Part shown: positions 29,131 to 44,372 of the stretch, in pieces
Layout of the letters: the number at the start of each line of letters is the position of its first letter
Position numbering within the stretch: position 1 is the first letter of the stretch
From: the human T2T-CHM13v2.0 reference genome, Homo sapiens
NCBI RefSeq assembly: GCF_009914755.1
Contig: NC_060939.1
DNA: 64,000 nt
Direction: 5' to 3' (one strand)
Made by a program: the position numbers and the translations under genes
The notes under the pieces: model-generated
Told to the model about the DNA's origin: nothing
Databases searched by the model: none
What the model saw: only the letters and a program-made list of their open reading frames with translations

Positions 29131-29769
29131 CCCAAAAGAGAAGGAATAACTTTGAAACTATTTTTACAGATGGAGGAAGGTAGCCTGGGCCCAACTGAAC
29201 TCACTGTGTATTCAGAAAATAACCCACAGTTGGGAAATTCACAGTGCCATTGCTTTGAATCAAATCCTTACTTCATACCAGGTCAGTATGGTATAATTCT
29301 GAGAATAGTTAGTAGCTTTATCCCAGGCACATATTTTGGGAATTCAACATCGTTTGTACTATATTCCCCCCAAAAAACATTATCCATGATCTCGGTGTGT
29401 GCCAGCAAAATCCAACATGCAGAGATTTTGCAGAAATTGTTTTTCTGAGAGTAATATACTTCAGAAATGTTTGATTTATAGGCAGCCACATATGAAAAAC
29501 TAAAAAATGTTCCTAGCTCTTATTCATAAATATACATGTATTGAATTTCTTTGCAGTGTGCTATATACATGACATTTTCCTCTCAGTAAATTATGGCTCA
29601 TTTCTGTCTCTTCATCAGGATGTACCATGATTCTTGGCAACATGACTGGGTATTGATGTCTTGTCTAGCCAATGAAATCCACATAGCAAAGATGTTATGA
29701 AGACATGGAAACATGAATATGAAATAAAATCAGTATAGCTATTTGGATGATTAGCTATCGACACAAGAC

Positions 29770-30380
29770 AGTCCCTGGTAATTGCCTTTAATAGTAAGGT
29801 AGCACTAGGCCATGAAAGGTGCTTCAGTGTACCTGCCTCATTTGTGGCTCCCTTTTGGCCATGTGACCCTAACTCCCCTGGTCACAAGTGGCTGAACCAG
29901 CAATCAATACCTGACCTGAAGGCAACCCTCTATAGGCTGGCAAGTGGCCTACAAAGTTGCTCAGTGCTAGAGAACTGAGCCCAACAGAAGTACATTCTAA
30001 TGTTTAGTGATTGGCCAATCGTATTCTTTGTGATGGTGCTGATGGGAAGGTAGTGATGTGCATCAGACATGCAGAGTTAGTAGCAGCTGGAGCAGACACA
30101 GAAGCCTCCCTAACAATGGGCAATGGAGAAAGGAACAACAGACAGTTCTGAAAGAATACCAAGTGCTCCTAAGCCAAAAGCTATAGTTAGGCTGCTGGAG
30201 GTACTGCCAGTCCTAAATGATGGCAATGATGGTCCATTTTTCTGTGAAACTTGACTGTATACCTGTTAAGATTTTTTTGTGTTCTTTTTAAGGCTCCATG
30301 AATGAATCTTTCCAATAAACAAGTTTGTAACAAAGGCAACCTGAACATTTCTGATACTTGAAACTTGAAAATATCTAATA
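29770..30380 (+). mobile_element. ERVL LTR relic (LTR33/LTR41-like)
   Basis: acctgacctgaaggcaacc...ataggctggcaagtggcct; 3' aataaac...gcaacctgaa; resembles the element at 63.0-63.7 kb. Confidence 0.45.
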
Positions 30381-31699
30381 CAATTTTACATCACTTTCAA
30401 ATCATGAGTGAAGAAGTTAATGTGTTATTGAATTAGATTCCCTATACATATGTCAGTTACTTATTCAATCAATAATATGTACTGATAACCTACTATGTGC
30501 CAGACATGTACTAGCATTAGGAATTTAGTAGTGAACAAGATTGACATGACTCCAGCCTAGATTGTGCTATGGTCTAGCCTGGAGTATTTAGACTCCTTGG
30601 GTCTTAATACATACGGAGAAACCTGAATGTATGTCAGAAGCATGTGATCTACATTTGTTTGCTTTCGTTTTAAATATTCATGGTTTCCGAATATATTACA
30701 TGAATAAGGATGTAACATTAAAACCCATGTGTTAACATTTTAATCTAAGGATATTTATATCAAAGTACAGCTTAGTTCAGAGCTTTCTAAATTTTAGTAC
30801 ATCTGAAACAAAGTGAACAACAGAAAGAAGGTTAACAAAACCATAAACTGTTAAGTAGAACATGGCCCCTAAGTAGAGCCAGAAGTATAGTACTGTAACA
30901 AGATGACACTTGCAGAATCCAACAGAAGAAGAGAATAAAATGATGACATTTATATGCTAGCATTTTGCAACAGTGGTAATGTGCCACCTGTAAATGAAGT
31001 GAATCCTGGAAATAAAAAGGCTGGCCATTTTTCCTCATCCTGAGTAAAAGATAAACTGAAAATTAATGGCATGGATTGCTCAAGATAACAGACTGAAAAT
31101 AAAGATACAGGTGATTCATTAAACTAGATGAAGAAAAATGGAGAAGATAGAATCTGATGCTTGGTGAAATTGAAATGTCAAGGAATTGACATTGATGCAT
31201 TCTGTGATGATCCTGCTGGTAACTCAATAGTCAGGCAAAGGATTTTAATGTTATATTTCTTAGACCAACTAAAATTAAGAATGAATGTCTTTCCCAGTAG
31301 AGATAAGATGGCCCAGGGGGAGTGGAGAGTTGAGGGAACCCTGTTAAGTGCTTCAGAGTTTCTAGGGATTTTTTTTTTTCCTAGTCAATCTCTGCTTATC
31401 CATCTAGGACTCTTTAGTTATTATTTTAGTGGAGCATTAAGAGACTAAAAATGCTCTTATATTTTATCATTCAAACTTTTACAGGCTTTCTTTCCAAGAT
31501 ACTCAAATCCCTAAACACCTGAACTTCTAATTGCTTTACAAGACTTAGTCTCATTGGTTGCTATAGTACTGCTGTGGAAATTCTCTTCTTGTCTTCAACT
31601 AAATAGGTTGCAGTTTAAATATCTGCAACTCTCTGGGAACACAAACAACATTAGAAATTAGAAAGATAATATAACTGTGGCTACAGCAGGTAACTTTTA

Positions 31700-34030
31700 A
31701 TTATCAGGTTTATATGTAATTTTATACATTCAAATTTGAAAACTAGAATGAATAGATGGCCTTAAGGAAACTATAAACTATTAAACAGAACCAAGAATAG
31801 GTAGAGAACCCAAATAGATTGATCATCATCTAAGAAACTGAAAAGATTTGGGAGGCTGAGGTGGGAGAGTAGCTTGAGCCCAGGGTTTCAAGACCAGCCT
31901 GGACAACATAGTGAGACTCCATCTCTACAGAAAGTTCAAAAATTAGCCAGGCATGGTGGTGCATACCTGTAGTCCCAGCTACTCAGGAGGCTGAGGTGGG
32001 AGGATCACTTGAGCCCGGGGGGTCAAGGCTGCAGTGAGACTTAATCACACCACTGTATTCCAGCCTGGGAGACAGAGCAAGACCTGTGTCAAAAATAAAT
32101 AAATAAATAAATAAGAAAAAGAAATTGAAAAACGAGTCAAAGATCCACTCCAAAAAGAGATACCAGGCCCAGAAGAGTTTGAGAAAGTTCTACTAAACCA
32201 TCAAAGAACAGATCATGCCTTTTTTTTTCCTTAAATAAGCTGACCAGAGCAAAGGAAAAGGACACAAAGTTTCCCATTTCATTTTAGATCAACATAATCC
32301 TAATAAACCAAAATGAAAAGTAGTCCTCCATCCCCCCAAAAACATAAGAAATAAATCTCAGCTATAAACAGAGAAACAAAAATTCCAAATATTAGCGCAG
32401 AATCCAGAAGTGTGTTAAAGGAATATTACATCATGACCAAGACTTTATCCTAGGAATATAGGACTGCTTCAACATTATAAAATGTATTAACACAAATTGC
32501 CATACTATCTGAATAAAGAAAATAGAAAGCAAATGATTGTTTTATGCCAAAATCTACACTTGACAAAATTTAATATTCATTCCTAGTAAAATGTCTTTGA
32601 GAGCTAAGAAAAGAGGAAAACTTTTGACACAGGGTTTTGCTCCATCACCCAGGCTGGAGTGCAGTGGCGTGATCCCTGCTTACTGCAACCTCTGCTTCCC
32701 AGGCTCAGGCAACCCTCACACCTCAGCCTCCTGAGTAACTGAGATTTTAGGTATGCACAACTACACCCAGCTAATTGTATTTTTTGTAGAGACAGGGTTT
32801 CACCATATTGCCCAGGCTGATCTCAAACTCCTGAGCTCAAGCCATCGTCCTGCTTTGGCCTCCCAAAGTGCTGGGATTACAGGCATGAGCCACTGCACCC
32901 AGCCTGAAAACTACCTCTTTTTCTTCTTAGAGATGGGGTCTCACTCTGTTGACTAGGCTGGAGTGCAGTGGCTTAATCAGGCTCACTGCAGTCTGGAACC
33001 CCTGGACTCAAGCAATCCTCCTGTCTCTGCCTCCTGAGTAGGTGGGACTACAGGCGTCAGCTATAGCACAGGGCCTTTTTTTTTTTGAGATGGAGTCTTA
33101 CTCTGTTGACCAGGCTGGCCTCAAACTCCTGGCCTGAAGTGATCCTTATGCCTTGGCCTCCCAAAACCTTGGGATTACAAACATGAGCCACCACGCCTGG
33201 CACAAAACTCTCTTACAGAGCATTTACCAAACCTTATAGTAAGCATCACACCTAACAGTTGAAAGCTTCAAAGCAAGCATTCCTTGAAAGTCAAGAACAA
33301 GAATATCTTTTGCCACTTTAAGTTTTAGTCAATATGCTAAAACAGGAAAAGAGACATACAAACGGAAAGATTGAAACAAAACTATTTCGGGCCAGGTGCG
33401 GTGGCTCATGCCTGTAATCTCAGCATTTTGGGAGGCCAAGGCGGGTGGATCACTTGAGGTCAGGAGTTTGAGACCAGCCTGGCCAACATGGAGAAACCCT
33501 GTCTCTACTAAAAGTACAAAAATTAGCTAGGCATGGTGGTGCATACCTGTAATCTCAGCTACTTGGGAGGCTAAGGTAGGAGAACCAGTTGAACCCAGGA
33601 GGCAGAGGTTGCAGTGAGCCAAGATCACGCTCCTTCACTCCAGCCTGGGTGAGAGAGCGAGACTCCATCTCAAAAAAATGATTTCAGAGAATATAGTTAA
33701 GTTAGCAGAACTAATAGAATTTAGTACTGTGGTTGGATATATGATCAACATTTTAAAAATTAATAGCTTCTAGTATATCAACACTGGGTAGAAAATGTTA
33801 AGGGATAGAGGTCCATTCACAAAAACAAAACCATACTATCACTTAGAAATAAATCTAATTAAAAAAATTAAAGACCTGTGAAAAATGACATAAAAGAAGA
33901 TCTAAATAAATTGGAAGACAGATATTGTCGGTCCTTCCTCAATCCATAAAGTCAATGCAATCTCAGTCAAGATTTCCAAAATATTTTCTAATGGAGTTTA
34001 ACAAATTAATTCCAAAAGTTTATGTGGAAT
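31700..34030 (+). mobile_element. Old L1M ORF2 relic interrupted by four Alus (31847-32121 +, 32622-32904 -, 32917-33201 -, 33390-33678 +)
   Basis: ccaggcccaga...ttctactaaacc; tgacaaaatttaatattcattcct; aaagaagatctaaataaattgga; Alu consensus matches. Confidence 0.8.
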
Positions 34031-34376
34031 ACTAGAATTACACTTGGCACAGTGAAATGCTTACTCTAAGAGAGACACATAAAAACTAATACCAACTTAA
34101 TAGAAAAACCTCTTCTAGCCTTGCCTCTCATACTTATGTAGAAGACAATAGTTGAGTGGAATGGCAGATATGCGTGTCTGCACTACTTAAATTGTTCTCT
34201 CTCATACCTCACTCTCTCTTCTCTTTTGTTCAAGTTCTCTAAATTAATGGGTTAAGTGCACCATATGGTATGACTACTTTGCATTTTTATACATATCCTC
34301 CAAATATACAAAATAGAATTTTGTAACTTTTCATGTGAATCTTTTTATATGACCCACTTAATCCCTCAGCTGAGTA

Positions 34377-34714
<338 letters not shown>

Positions 34715-34802
34715 TGCTGAGTATATTTTAATATATGATTGCTCAGAATTAAAGCAAATAATTACCATTTCTACTTTGAGACTCAAGAATTCCTGAAAAT
34801 TT

Positions 34803-34926
34803 GCTGGGTGTGGTGGCTCACGACTATAATCCCGCCACTTTGGGAGGCTGAGGTGAGAGAATTGCTTGAGCCCAGGAGTCCGAATATAGCAAGACCCCGC
34901 CTCTATTTTTTTAATTAAAAAAAAAT
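34803..34926 (+). mobile_element. FLAM/Alu monomer
   Basis: gctgggtgtggtggctcac...gcaagacccc. Confidence 0.85.
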
Positions 34927-35154
34927 ACTCATGAAAATTTGACCTCACGCCCTATTATCAGATAAGCTAGAAAATACAAAATACACACAATGCCAAAATA
35001 CAATGTTTGTGATACACATAGAATCCCACTGTTTTACAACAGCACTGCTGCCAGAGTACTAAAAAAATCTATTATACCTTTTAAAATTTAAATTTAAAAT
35101 ATGTTTTGTCTTACTGATTTCCAGGGACAATCACCATACTTTCCCCCATTATTC

Positions 35155-35474
35155 TTTTTTTTTTTTTCTGTTTTTTTTTGTTTTGTTTTTTTGAGACAGG
35201 GTCTTATCCTGTTGCCCAGGCTGGAGTGTAGTGGTGTGATCCCGGCTCACTGCAACCTCCACCTCCTGGGTTCAGGCAATTATCATGCCTCGGCCTCCCA
35301 AGAAGCTGGGATTACAGGCGTGCATCACCATGCCTGGCTAATTTTTGTGTTTTTAGTAGAGTTGGGGTTTCACAGCATTGGCCAGGCTGGTCTTGAACTC
35401 CTGGTCTCAGGCAATCTGCCTACCTTGGTCTCCTAAAGTGCTGGGATTACAGATGTGAGCCACCATGCCTGGCC
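35155..35474 (-). mobile_element. AluS
   Basis: Full dimer. Confidence 0.93.
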
Positions 35475-35754
35475 CTGACTACTTTTTAAACATTAGTTTT
35501 GCCACCAAATTGCTCAGGCTAAAGTACTCTCTGAACAAGTCTGCGCTTTATCTGTCTCCCTTGTGCCAATCAGCTTCCAAATCTACATTTCTAGCATAAA
35601 CCATCCTTTCCTGCCCTGCAGGCTACCCAGCTGTCTACATCTACAGGATGACTCACAGATCCTTCCAAATCAATATTAAATCAACAACATTCTCTTTCTT
35701 CCTTGAGAGCTTCTACTTCTCTCCCGCCTTTTCTTCCTTTGTGATTAAGATCCT

Positions 35755-36440
35755 CCCTATTCATTCTTACAATATCTATTGAGCATCTACTTTGCACCAG
35801 TCACTGTTGTCGACGTTTGGAACAGTGAACAAAAAGAATCTTGTCCTCGTGCACCTATGAGTGTGCAGGGACTCATATTTGCCATGTGGACTGACAGGGA
35901 CAATAAATGAATAAATGGTATGAGATATAAGAGGTAGGAAAAAATTGAGCAGAATAAGTGGGATTTGGGGAGAGGCATTTCCAGATAAGGTTGTCAGGGT
36001 AGGCGTCATTGGAAGGAGGTTAAGGGAGAAAAGACTTGAAGAGGTTTGAGAACAAAGACATGAAGGAGTTAAGGGAGTTAGCATGTGGCTACCTAGAGGA
36101 AGACTGTTCCAGGCCAAGGGACAGTCAGCACAAAGGCTCAAGGCAGGAGCATTCCCTTATATGCTTGTGAAGAGCAGTTGCAGCTGCAACTCAATGAATG
36201 TGGGTCGGGAGACAGTAGAAAATGAGGCTGGAGAGGGGATGGAGGCCTAGATTACATGGGGTTTTAGGGACTATCATAAGGACTGGTCATTGCAGGGCTT
36301 TGAGCAGAGACATTACGTGGTCTTATTTATGTTTAAAACGTTCACTCTGACTGCTCTGTTGAAATTAGGTGATAGTGGGGCAAGGGGAGACACATGGAAA
36401 CTAACTAATGGTAGGCTATTCCTGCAACCCAGGTAAGAGC
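35755..36440 (-). mobile_element. L2a fragment
   Basis: attcattc...aatatctattgagcatctac...gttccaggccaagggacag...caaaggc...gggctttgagcagag. Confidence 0.8.
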
Positions 36441-36722
36441 TAGTGTGGCTTGGTCTGCCATCCTCTGTCTTACCGAAGCTAGAAACCTCAGTGAACTCCT
36501 CTAGCCATTCCTCTCTCCCACTTCCCCACCCATTCCCCTACACACCCTGCAATATACACACCTGGATTCTATTTCCAAATACCAGCCACTGCCCTCTACC
36601 CAACCACAACAGCCTCCATTCAGGCTTATCTGGATCATTGAAACAGCCTCCTAATTGGCCTCCCTGCCTTTCACTTACCCCTTCTTCCAGTCTATCCTAT
36701 CAGCTGGGGTACCCTTCTCATT

Positions 36723-37206
36723 ACAGAGGGTCCTAGCTTGGGATATACGCATAGAATTCACTGGGTCTGTGACCTAGTGAATTCTGGAAAAGTTTGCTTT
36801 GATTTTCATTTACATCTAACTGAAATTTAGCATTTCCTTTATGCTTATAAACATAAGCAACAAGCTGCAGTACCAGTGACTGTCACCAACAGAAATTAGA
36901 TATTTTCATAGCATAATTAAAGTTGACACATGTCTCAAGGTATCATTTATATGCATTACCACTTTGAAATTATATTAGACCTACCACTAGATTTTTTTAA
37001 ATGTGCTAATAATGGAGCAAATATCACAATTAAGAACTATTTTGTATTTCAACATTATTGGATTCCTTTTAATTCCTATGTATTTTAATTTATATAAAGA
37101 TTAAATATATAATATTTAACCTAATATAAATTATATTCTGGGGGATTCATGGGCTTTATCAGATAGCCAAAGGGGTTCAAGGCCAGAAAAGATTAAAAAC
37201 CCATGT
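36723..37206. mobile_element. Charlie4-like hAT transposon within L2
   Basis: taactgaaatttagcatttcc...ccaaaggggttc...aaaagattaaaaaccc. Confidence 0.55.
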
Positions 37207-37879
37207 TCTAATCATATTTAATCTATTCAGACCTGATCTTATTACTTCCATAATTTGAAAATCCTGAGGTGTCTGGCTAGCATACAGGATAAAAATCTGA
37301 AGTTCTAACAATGCTAACAAGGTTCTCCCATCTTCACTTGGCTAACTTTTTCTGCTTTATTACAAGTCATTCCTTCTTTCTCCTATCCTATGTTCTGACC
37401 ACCACAGACCCCTGCTGCTCCTCGGCTTATGGCCCTTTCATTCCTCTGGGCATTTGTTTCTTATGTTCCCTTTTCCTGCAAAGCCTGCACAACCATGGAA
37501 ACTCTTGCTTCATCTTCAAAGACTTCCCTTCTTCCAATACTGCCTTCTCAGGCCAAATGAGTTTCTCCCTCATCCTTGCTTCTGTAGCATGTTATACACC
37601 GCTTTTCACATCTTACAGCAGTCTTGGTTGCCCGCTTGCCTCTCTTTCTCCACAGTAACACCTCATGGAAGAACCTATCTTACATATCTTGGAATCCTTA
37701 GAAGATGTGAACAGATGCTTCATAAATGGCTAGTTGAAATGAACTAAATACTTTTAAAAATAATTTATCTGAAACATGACTCACTTCTTTAATGCGTAAG
37801 AATATGACAAAATTTACCTTAGAATTTTTTCCCCAGTTTTCTTATAACCTTTAGGTTAAGAACATAATGTTACATTTGC

Positions 37880-39100
<1,221 letters not shown>

Positions 39101-41466
39101 ATTTTAGTATTTGTATGTTGTTACTCACTAAACAAATAAATAAACTTGGCCAAATCTGCTGAAGTGGTGGTGATTTTGGAAACTCGAGCCATGGCAAAAC
39201 TTTGGAAAATGGTTTTAATATAGTCCAGAATATACTGCCAGTTGACTCAGTGAAAAAAAGAAAGTTATTACTGGACGAATAAAATGGAGAATGAAAATAG
39301 AAGTACAGATACTGGAAATAAAAGCACTGCATAAATGCACAGTACTAGCATCAGCTTGCCCCAGCCTCGGACAAGTAAAAACCTAGGTTAAGCCACTAAT
39401 GGCTCAGAAATCACCTAGCACCATGACAAGGTTAGCCTCCTAACCATCAGTACCTGTTTTGTTTACTGTCTACTTACTCTCTGCTTTCTTGTCTGTGCCT
39501 TCACAGTGGTGGCAGTTGGGACCGAAGAACATTTTATTCCTGTTTCAGTCAGGCAGGAGATGGAAAAATGTCCTTGAGGGAGAATATTTGGCTAGAAAGA
39601 AAGGGCTCCAAGTTCCAACATTCCCACATCCTTGTAAAGTATATATGGTCATCCTTGATGGGTCCTCCTCCTGGTCCAATCTCCAAATCCTTTTAATCCT
39701 ATCTTGTGCACAAGATAGGATTAAAAGGATTTGGAGATTTTTAAGGCCTTTATTTTTGTTCTGGTACAGAGTAAGTCTTCTTGCCTCAGTAAGGCCTCTT
39801 CACCCTCCCGTTTCACTCTCCAACAGAGTAACTCATTAAAAAAAAACAGATCTTATCATGCCATTCCACTTGAGTGGTTCCTTTTGTCTCAGAGAATCTA
39901 AACTCTGTGGTGGTAAACAGGGCCTTTTATAATCTGTCCACAGTATTGCCCCCTCCAGCCTTATCTCCCCAGCGGGCATCCTGTGCAAGTACTCAGAATA
40001 TGATATCAAGTGGGAGTGTGCCCAGGTTAACCTGCAGAGGATCACCATGCCTTACTGTAGCATTCGGATTTAGTGTTTGAGGAAATCTGAAGGATACTAG
40101 TGGCATCAGCAGCAATTCAGTCTTCTGCCTTCTTGCCTTTGTTTCTTAGAATTTTCAGCTCTAAAGTGAGATTTCCAAACCTGAAGATTAATCACTAGAC
40201 ATGGGGCATCCTAAAACACAGCTTGTTTTTCCTTAATGCTCAGAATATGTGTGGGTATGCCATGAACTACTTTATTTTCAATGTATAAATTTTTCGAATC
40301 TAAAGTTTAGATTGTTAACATGAAATTAACTGAAAAGATTGACCATCAGTGGAGGAAGAAGGTAGATGCTTATTCTCTTTTCTACTACATTTCTTTTCTT
40401 TACAGGAACAACTCTATGATCTTCTTGGTGAGACTTTACATACCAAATTAAAATTTGCTTGTCAATAAATTTAGATTATAAACCCCTCAAAAGAAATAGG
40501 GAGGCATGAATAATATGTATTATTGTCCACGTGTAAAGTTCCTAAACCCACTTATTGCCTACCCCTCTCTAGGTTTGTAAGACTGTAATATATAACCCAC
40601 AGTGTAGGAGTTCAAAACTAGTATCTAAGTATTGGCTTCAGGGGGGTCTCTGCCCCCTCTCCTCCCCTGTGAAAAATGTTGTAAGCTTATGTATTTTGAG
40701 GGAAAGAGTCCATAGCTTTCAGGTTCTCAACAGGATCCAAGACCACTTCAAAACATAGCTTTCAGGTTCTCAACAGGATCCAAGACCACTTCAAAAAAAG
40801 CCTTATTGTGACGAGGCTTTTTATACCTAGAAGCAACTACCCTTCATATTTATCTAGAGAACACTTAAGGAAGTGCTATCTAGCAAACTTGAATGCTGCA
40901 GACCAAGATGTCTGTAATTCCTCAGCACAATTAAAGATAATTAAGCAGTATGTTATTATTGTTTTTAAGTTGTTGCTTTCCTTTATTGGAAAGCAAGCAA
41001 AATAAACTCCTTGTTTTTTACCTCTCTCGTGGAAGTAATTTCTGATTCAGTTTTTGAATATATTTACCTCAACATATATTTAACAAAAGAAGACTTTAAC
41101 AAATGGAAAGATATCCCTTGTTCTTGGTTAGAATACCTAGTCATCAAAATGTCAGTTCCCCCTAAGTTAACTTATAAATTTAACATGATCTCAATAAAAA
41201 TACTAACAAGCTGTTTTTTCTGGAGCTAGACAGGTTGATAAAGTTAATGTAGAGAAACAAACATACAAGAATAGCTGGAAAATGTGAAAAGGAAGATTAG
41301 TTGAGGGGAAGGGGAGAGAGACTATTCCTATCACATAATTAAAATATACAACAAAGCCTCTATACTTAAAACAAGGTTGTACTAAAACATGAAGTAGACC
41401 AACAAATGAAATAGAATAGAAAAAGAACATATAGAAATATGGCATATGGCCAGGCCTGGTGGCTCA

Positions 41467-41772
<306 letters not shown>

Positions 41773-42244
41773 TTAGCCATTTAGAAAGGATAAATTAGAT
41801 CCTTTCTTCACAACACACACAGTAAACTTCAAATGATCAGAAATCTAAATGTGAAAAGCAAAATTATACTAATAGAAGAAAACAGGCAAATTTCTCCATA
41901 ATGTGGGCATAAGGATTCCTAACTACGATTCAAAATTCAGATACTATTAAGAACAATACATTTGCCATCATAAGAATCTAAAATTGTGCATAAAAACACT
42001 TTAAGTAAAATTAACATACAAATGAGAAATTGGGGGAAAATATCTGTAACATTTTAAGATAAAGATATAATGTTCCTAATACAGAAAGAGCTTTGAAAAT
42101 AGAGAAGACCAGGGCCAAGGTGGGAGGATCACTTGAGGCCAGGAGTTTAAGAGTAGTCTGGGCAACATAGCAAGACCCCATCTCAACTAAAAAAATAAAT
42201 TTTAAAAAAGAGAAGACAAAAAATCTTACAGAAAAATGGGCAAA

Positions 42245-43049
42245 TAACAAACACATGAAAAAATGCTCCACATCACTAATCAGAGAAATGCAAGTCAAAA
42301 TCACAAGATTTTGTATGGGATACCATTTCATACCAGTCCGAATGGCTATAAAAAAGTCAAAAAACAACAGATGCTGGCAAGGCTGCAGAGAAAAAGGAAC
42401 ACTTACACACTGTTGGTGGGAATGCAAATTAGTTCAGCCACTGTGGAAAGCACTTTGGAGATTTATCAAAGAACTTAGAACTACCATTCAACCCAGAAAT
42501 CCCCTTATCAGGTATATATCCAGATGAAAAATCTTCCTACCAAAAAGACACATGCACTCACATGTTCATCATGGCACTATTCACAATAGCAAAGATACAG
42601 ACTTAACCTAGGTGCCCAACAAGTGAGCTGGATAAAGAAAATGTGGTACATATACACCATGGAATACCACACAACCATAAAAAGAAAACAAAATCACGTC
42701 CTTTGCAGCAACATGGATGCAGCTGGAGGCCATTATCCTAAGTAAATAATTGCAGGAACAGAAAACCAAATACAACATGTTCTCACTTATAAGTGGGAGC
42801 CAAAGATTGGGTACTCATGGACATAGAGATGACAGCAGTAGAAACTGGGAACTACTGGGGGCAGGGAGGGAGGAGGACAAGAGTTGAAAAAGTAACTATT
42901 TGGATACTATGCTCAGTACCTGGATGACAGGATCAACTGTACCCCACACCTCAGTATCATGCAGTATACCCAGGTAACAAACCTGTACATGTATCCCCTG
43001 AGTCTAAAAGTTGAAAAAAAAAGTGTTTCCAAAAAAAAAAAAAAAAAGG
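42245..43049 (+). mobile_element. L1PB-type 5'-truncated LINE
   Basis: [13 protein letters not shown]... ORF2 end, 3'UTR, A tail; TSD aaaatgggcaaa. Confidence 0.85.
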
Positions 43050-43923
43050 AAAATGGGCAAAATACGTGAATGGATAATCACAAAAGATATAAAAATGACA
43101 CTGAATGAGCATTTAAAATGCTCAGTTTCACCCATAATAAGCCATTCTGTCAGATACTTACCCAAGGGAAACAAAAACACATGTCCACACAACGACTTGT
43201 ACACAAATTTTCATAGTAACTTTATTTGCAATAGTCTCAAACTAGAAACAGCCTAAATGTCAATTATCAGGTAAACAGATAAACAAAATGTAGTATATCC
43301 ACACAATAGAATACTATTCAGCGATAAAAACAAACAGGGTCTGATACACATAACAATGTGGGTGAATCTCAGAATCACTATGCTGAAAGAAACCAGATAA
43401 AAGAGTACACATGGTTCGATTTTTATATGCAAATTTAGAAACTGCAAACTAATCCAAAATAACAAAAAGCAAATCAGTGTTTCCTTGGGCACAGGGGTAG
43501 AGGGAGGAATTTATTTAAAAGAGACACAGGAAAATTTTAGGGGTGATAGAAATGTTTTATACTGATTAAATTTTATATAGTTTATAGGATTTCAACTATA
43601 CTTCAATAAAGCTCACAAAAATGGTCTTTAAAAGATCAATTTCATTCATAATAAGCAAATTACAAATTAAATTACCCTAAGATACTATTTCTTGCCCATC
43701 AGTTTGACAAAATGGTGCATTCTGTTAGCAAGGCTGTGGAGAAACCCAACCCATATGAAGGGAATTTGCTATACCTAACAAAACTACCTGATGGTTGCTT
43801 AACCATCAACCAGCAATTTTACTCCTAGAAATCTAGTAAAGATATACCTCCAAACATCTGAAAATACATATGCACAAGGTTATTCATTGCAGTATAGGAG
43901 ATTAGTTTAATAAAATGTGGTAC

Positions 43924-44115
43924 ACACACCGGGGCCTGTTAGGGGGTGGGGGGCTAGGGGAGGGATAGCATTAGGAGAAATACCTAATGTAAATGACGAG
44001 TTGATGGGTGCAGCAAACCAACATGGCACATGTATAACTATGTAACAAACCTTCACGTTGTGTACATGTACCCTAGAACTTAAAGTATAATTTTTTAAAA
44101 CAAGAAAGAAAAAAA
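43924..44115 (+). mobile_element. L1PA (PA6-like) extreme 3' fragment
   Basis: gggagggatagcattaggagaaatacctaatgtaaatgacgagttgatgggtgcagcaaaccaac; TSD aaatgtgg(t/c)aca. Confidence 0.9.
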
Positions 44116-44372
44116 TTAAATGTGGCACATACACACAATAGAGTACTATATCGCTGTGTAAAAATTGGGGGCGGGAATGTCTCTGAACTAGTTTGGTGTG
44201 ACTTCCAGGATATACTATTAAGAGAAAAAAGGCAAAAAGCAAAAGAATATCTATAGTATATACTACCTTTTTATAGGAAATAAGGAAGAAAGAAAACATA
44301 CATAGATTCATTACTTTGCACAAAAAGAAAAATAGGAAGGACATATCAGAAAATAAAGAAATTGGTTACCTT

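Noticed and set aside
30830-31160. Purine-rich stretch resembling decayed coding sequence
   Set aside because: Stops in the frames I tried, no recognisable protein, no poly(A) or TSD.
40827-40911. Possible 85-bp minus-strand UTR exon (…ttacag| … TAG|gtataa)
   Set aside because: Acceptor lacks a good polypyrimidine tract; cannot be supported without RNA data.
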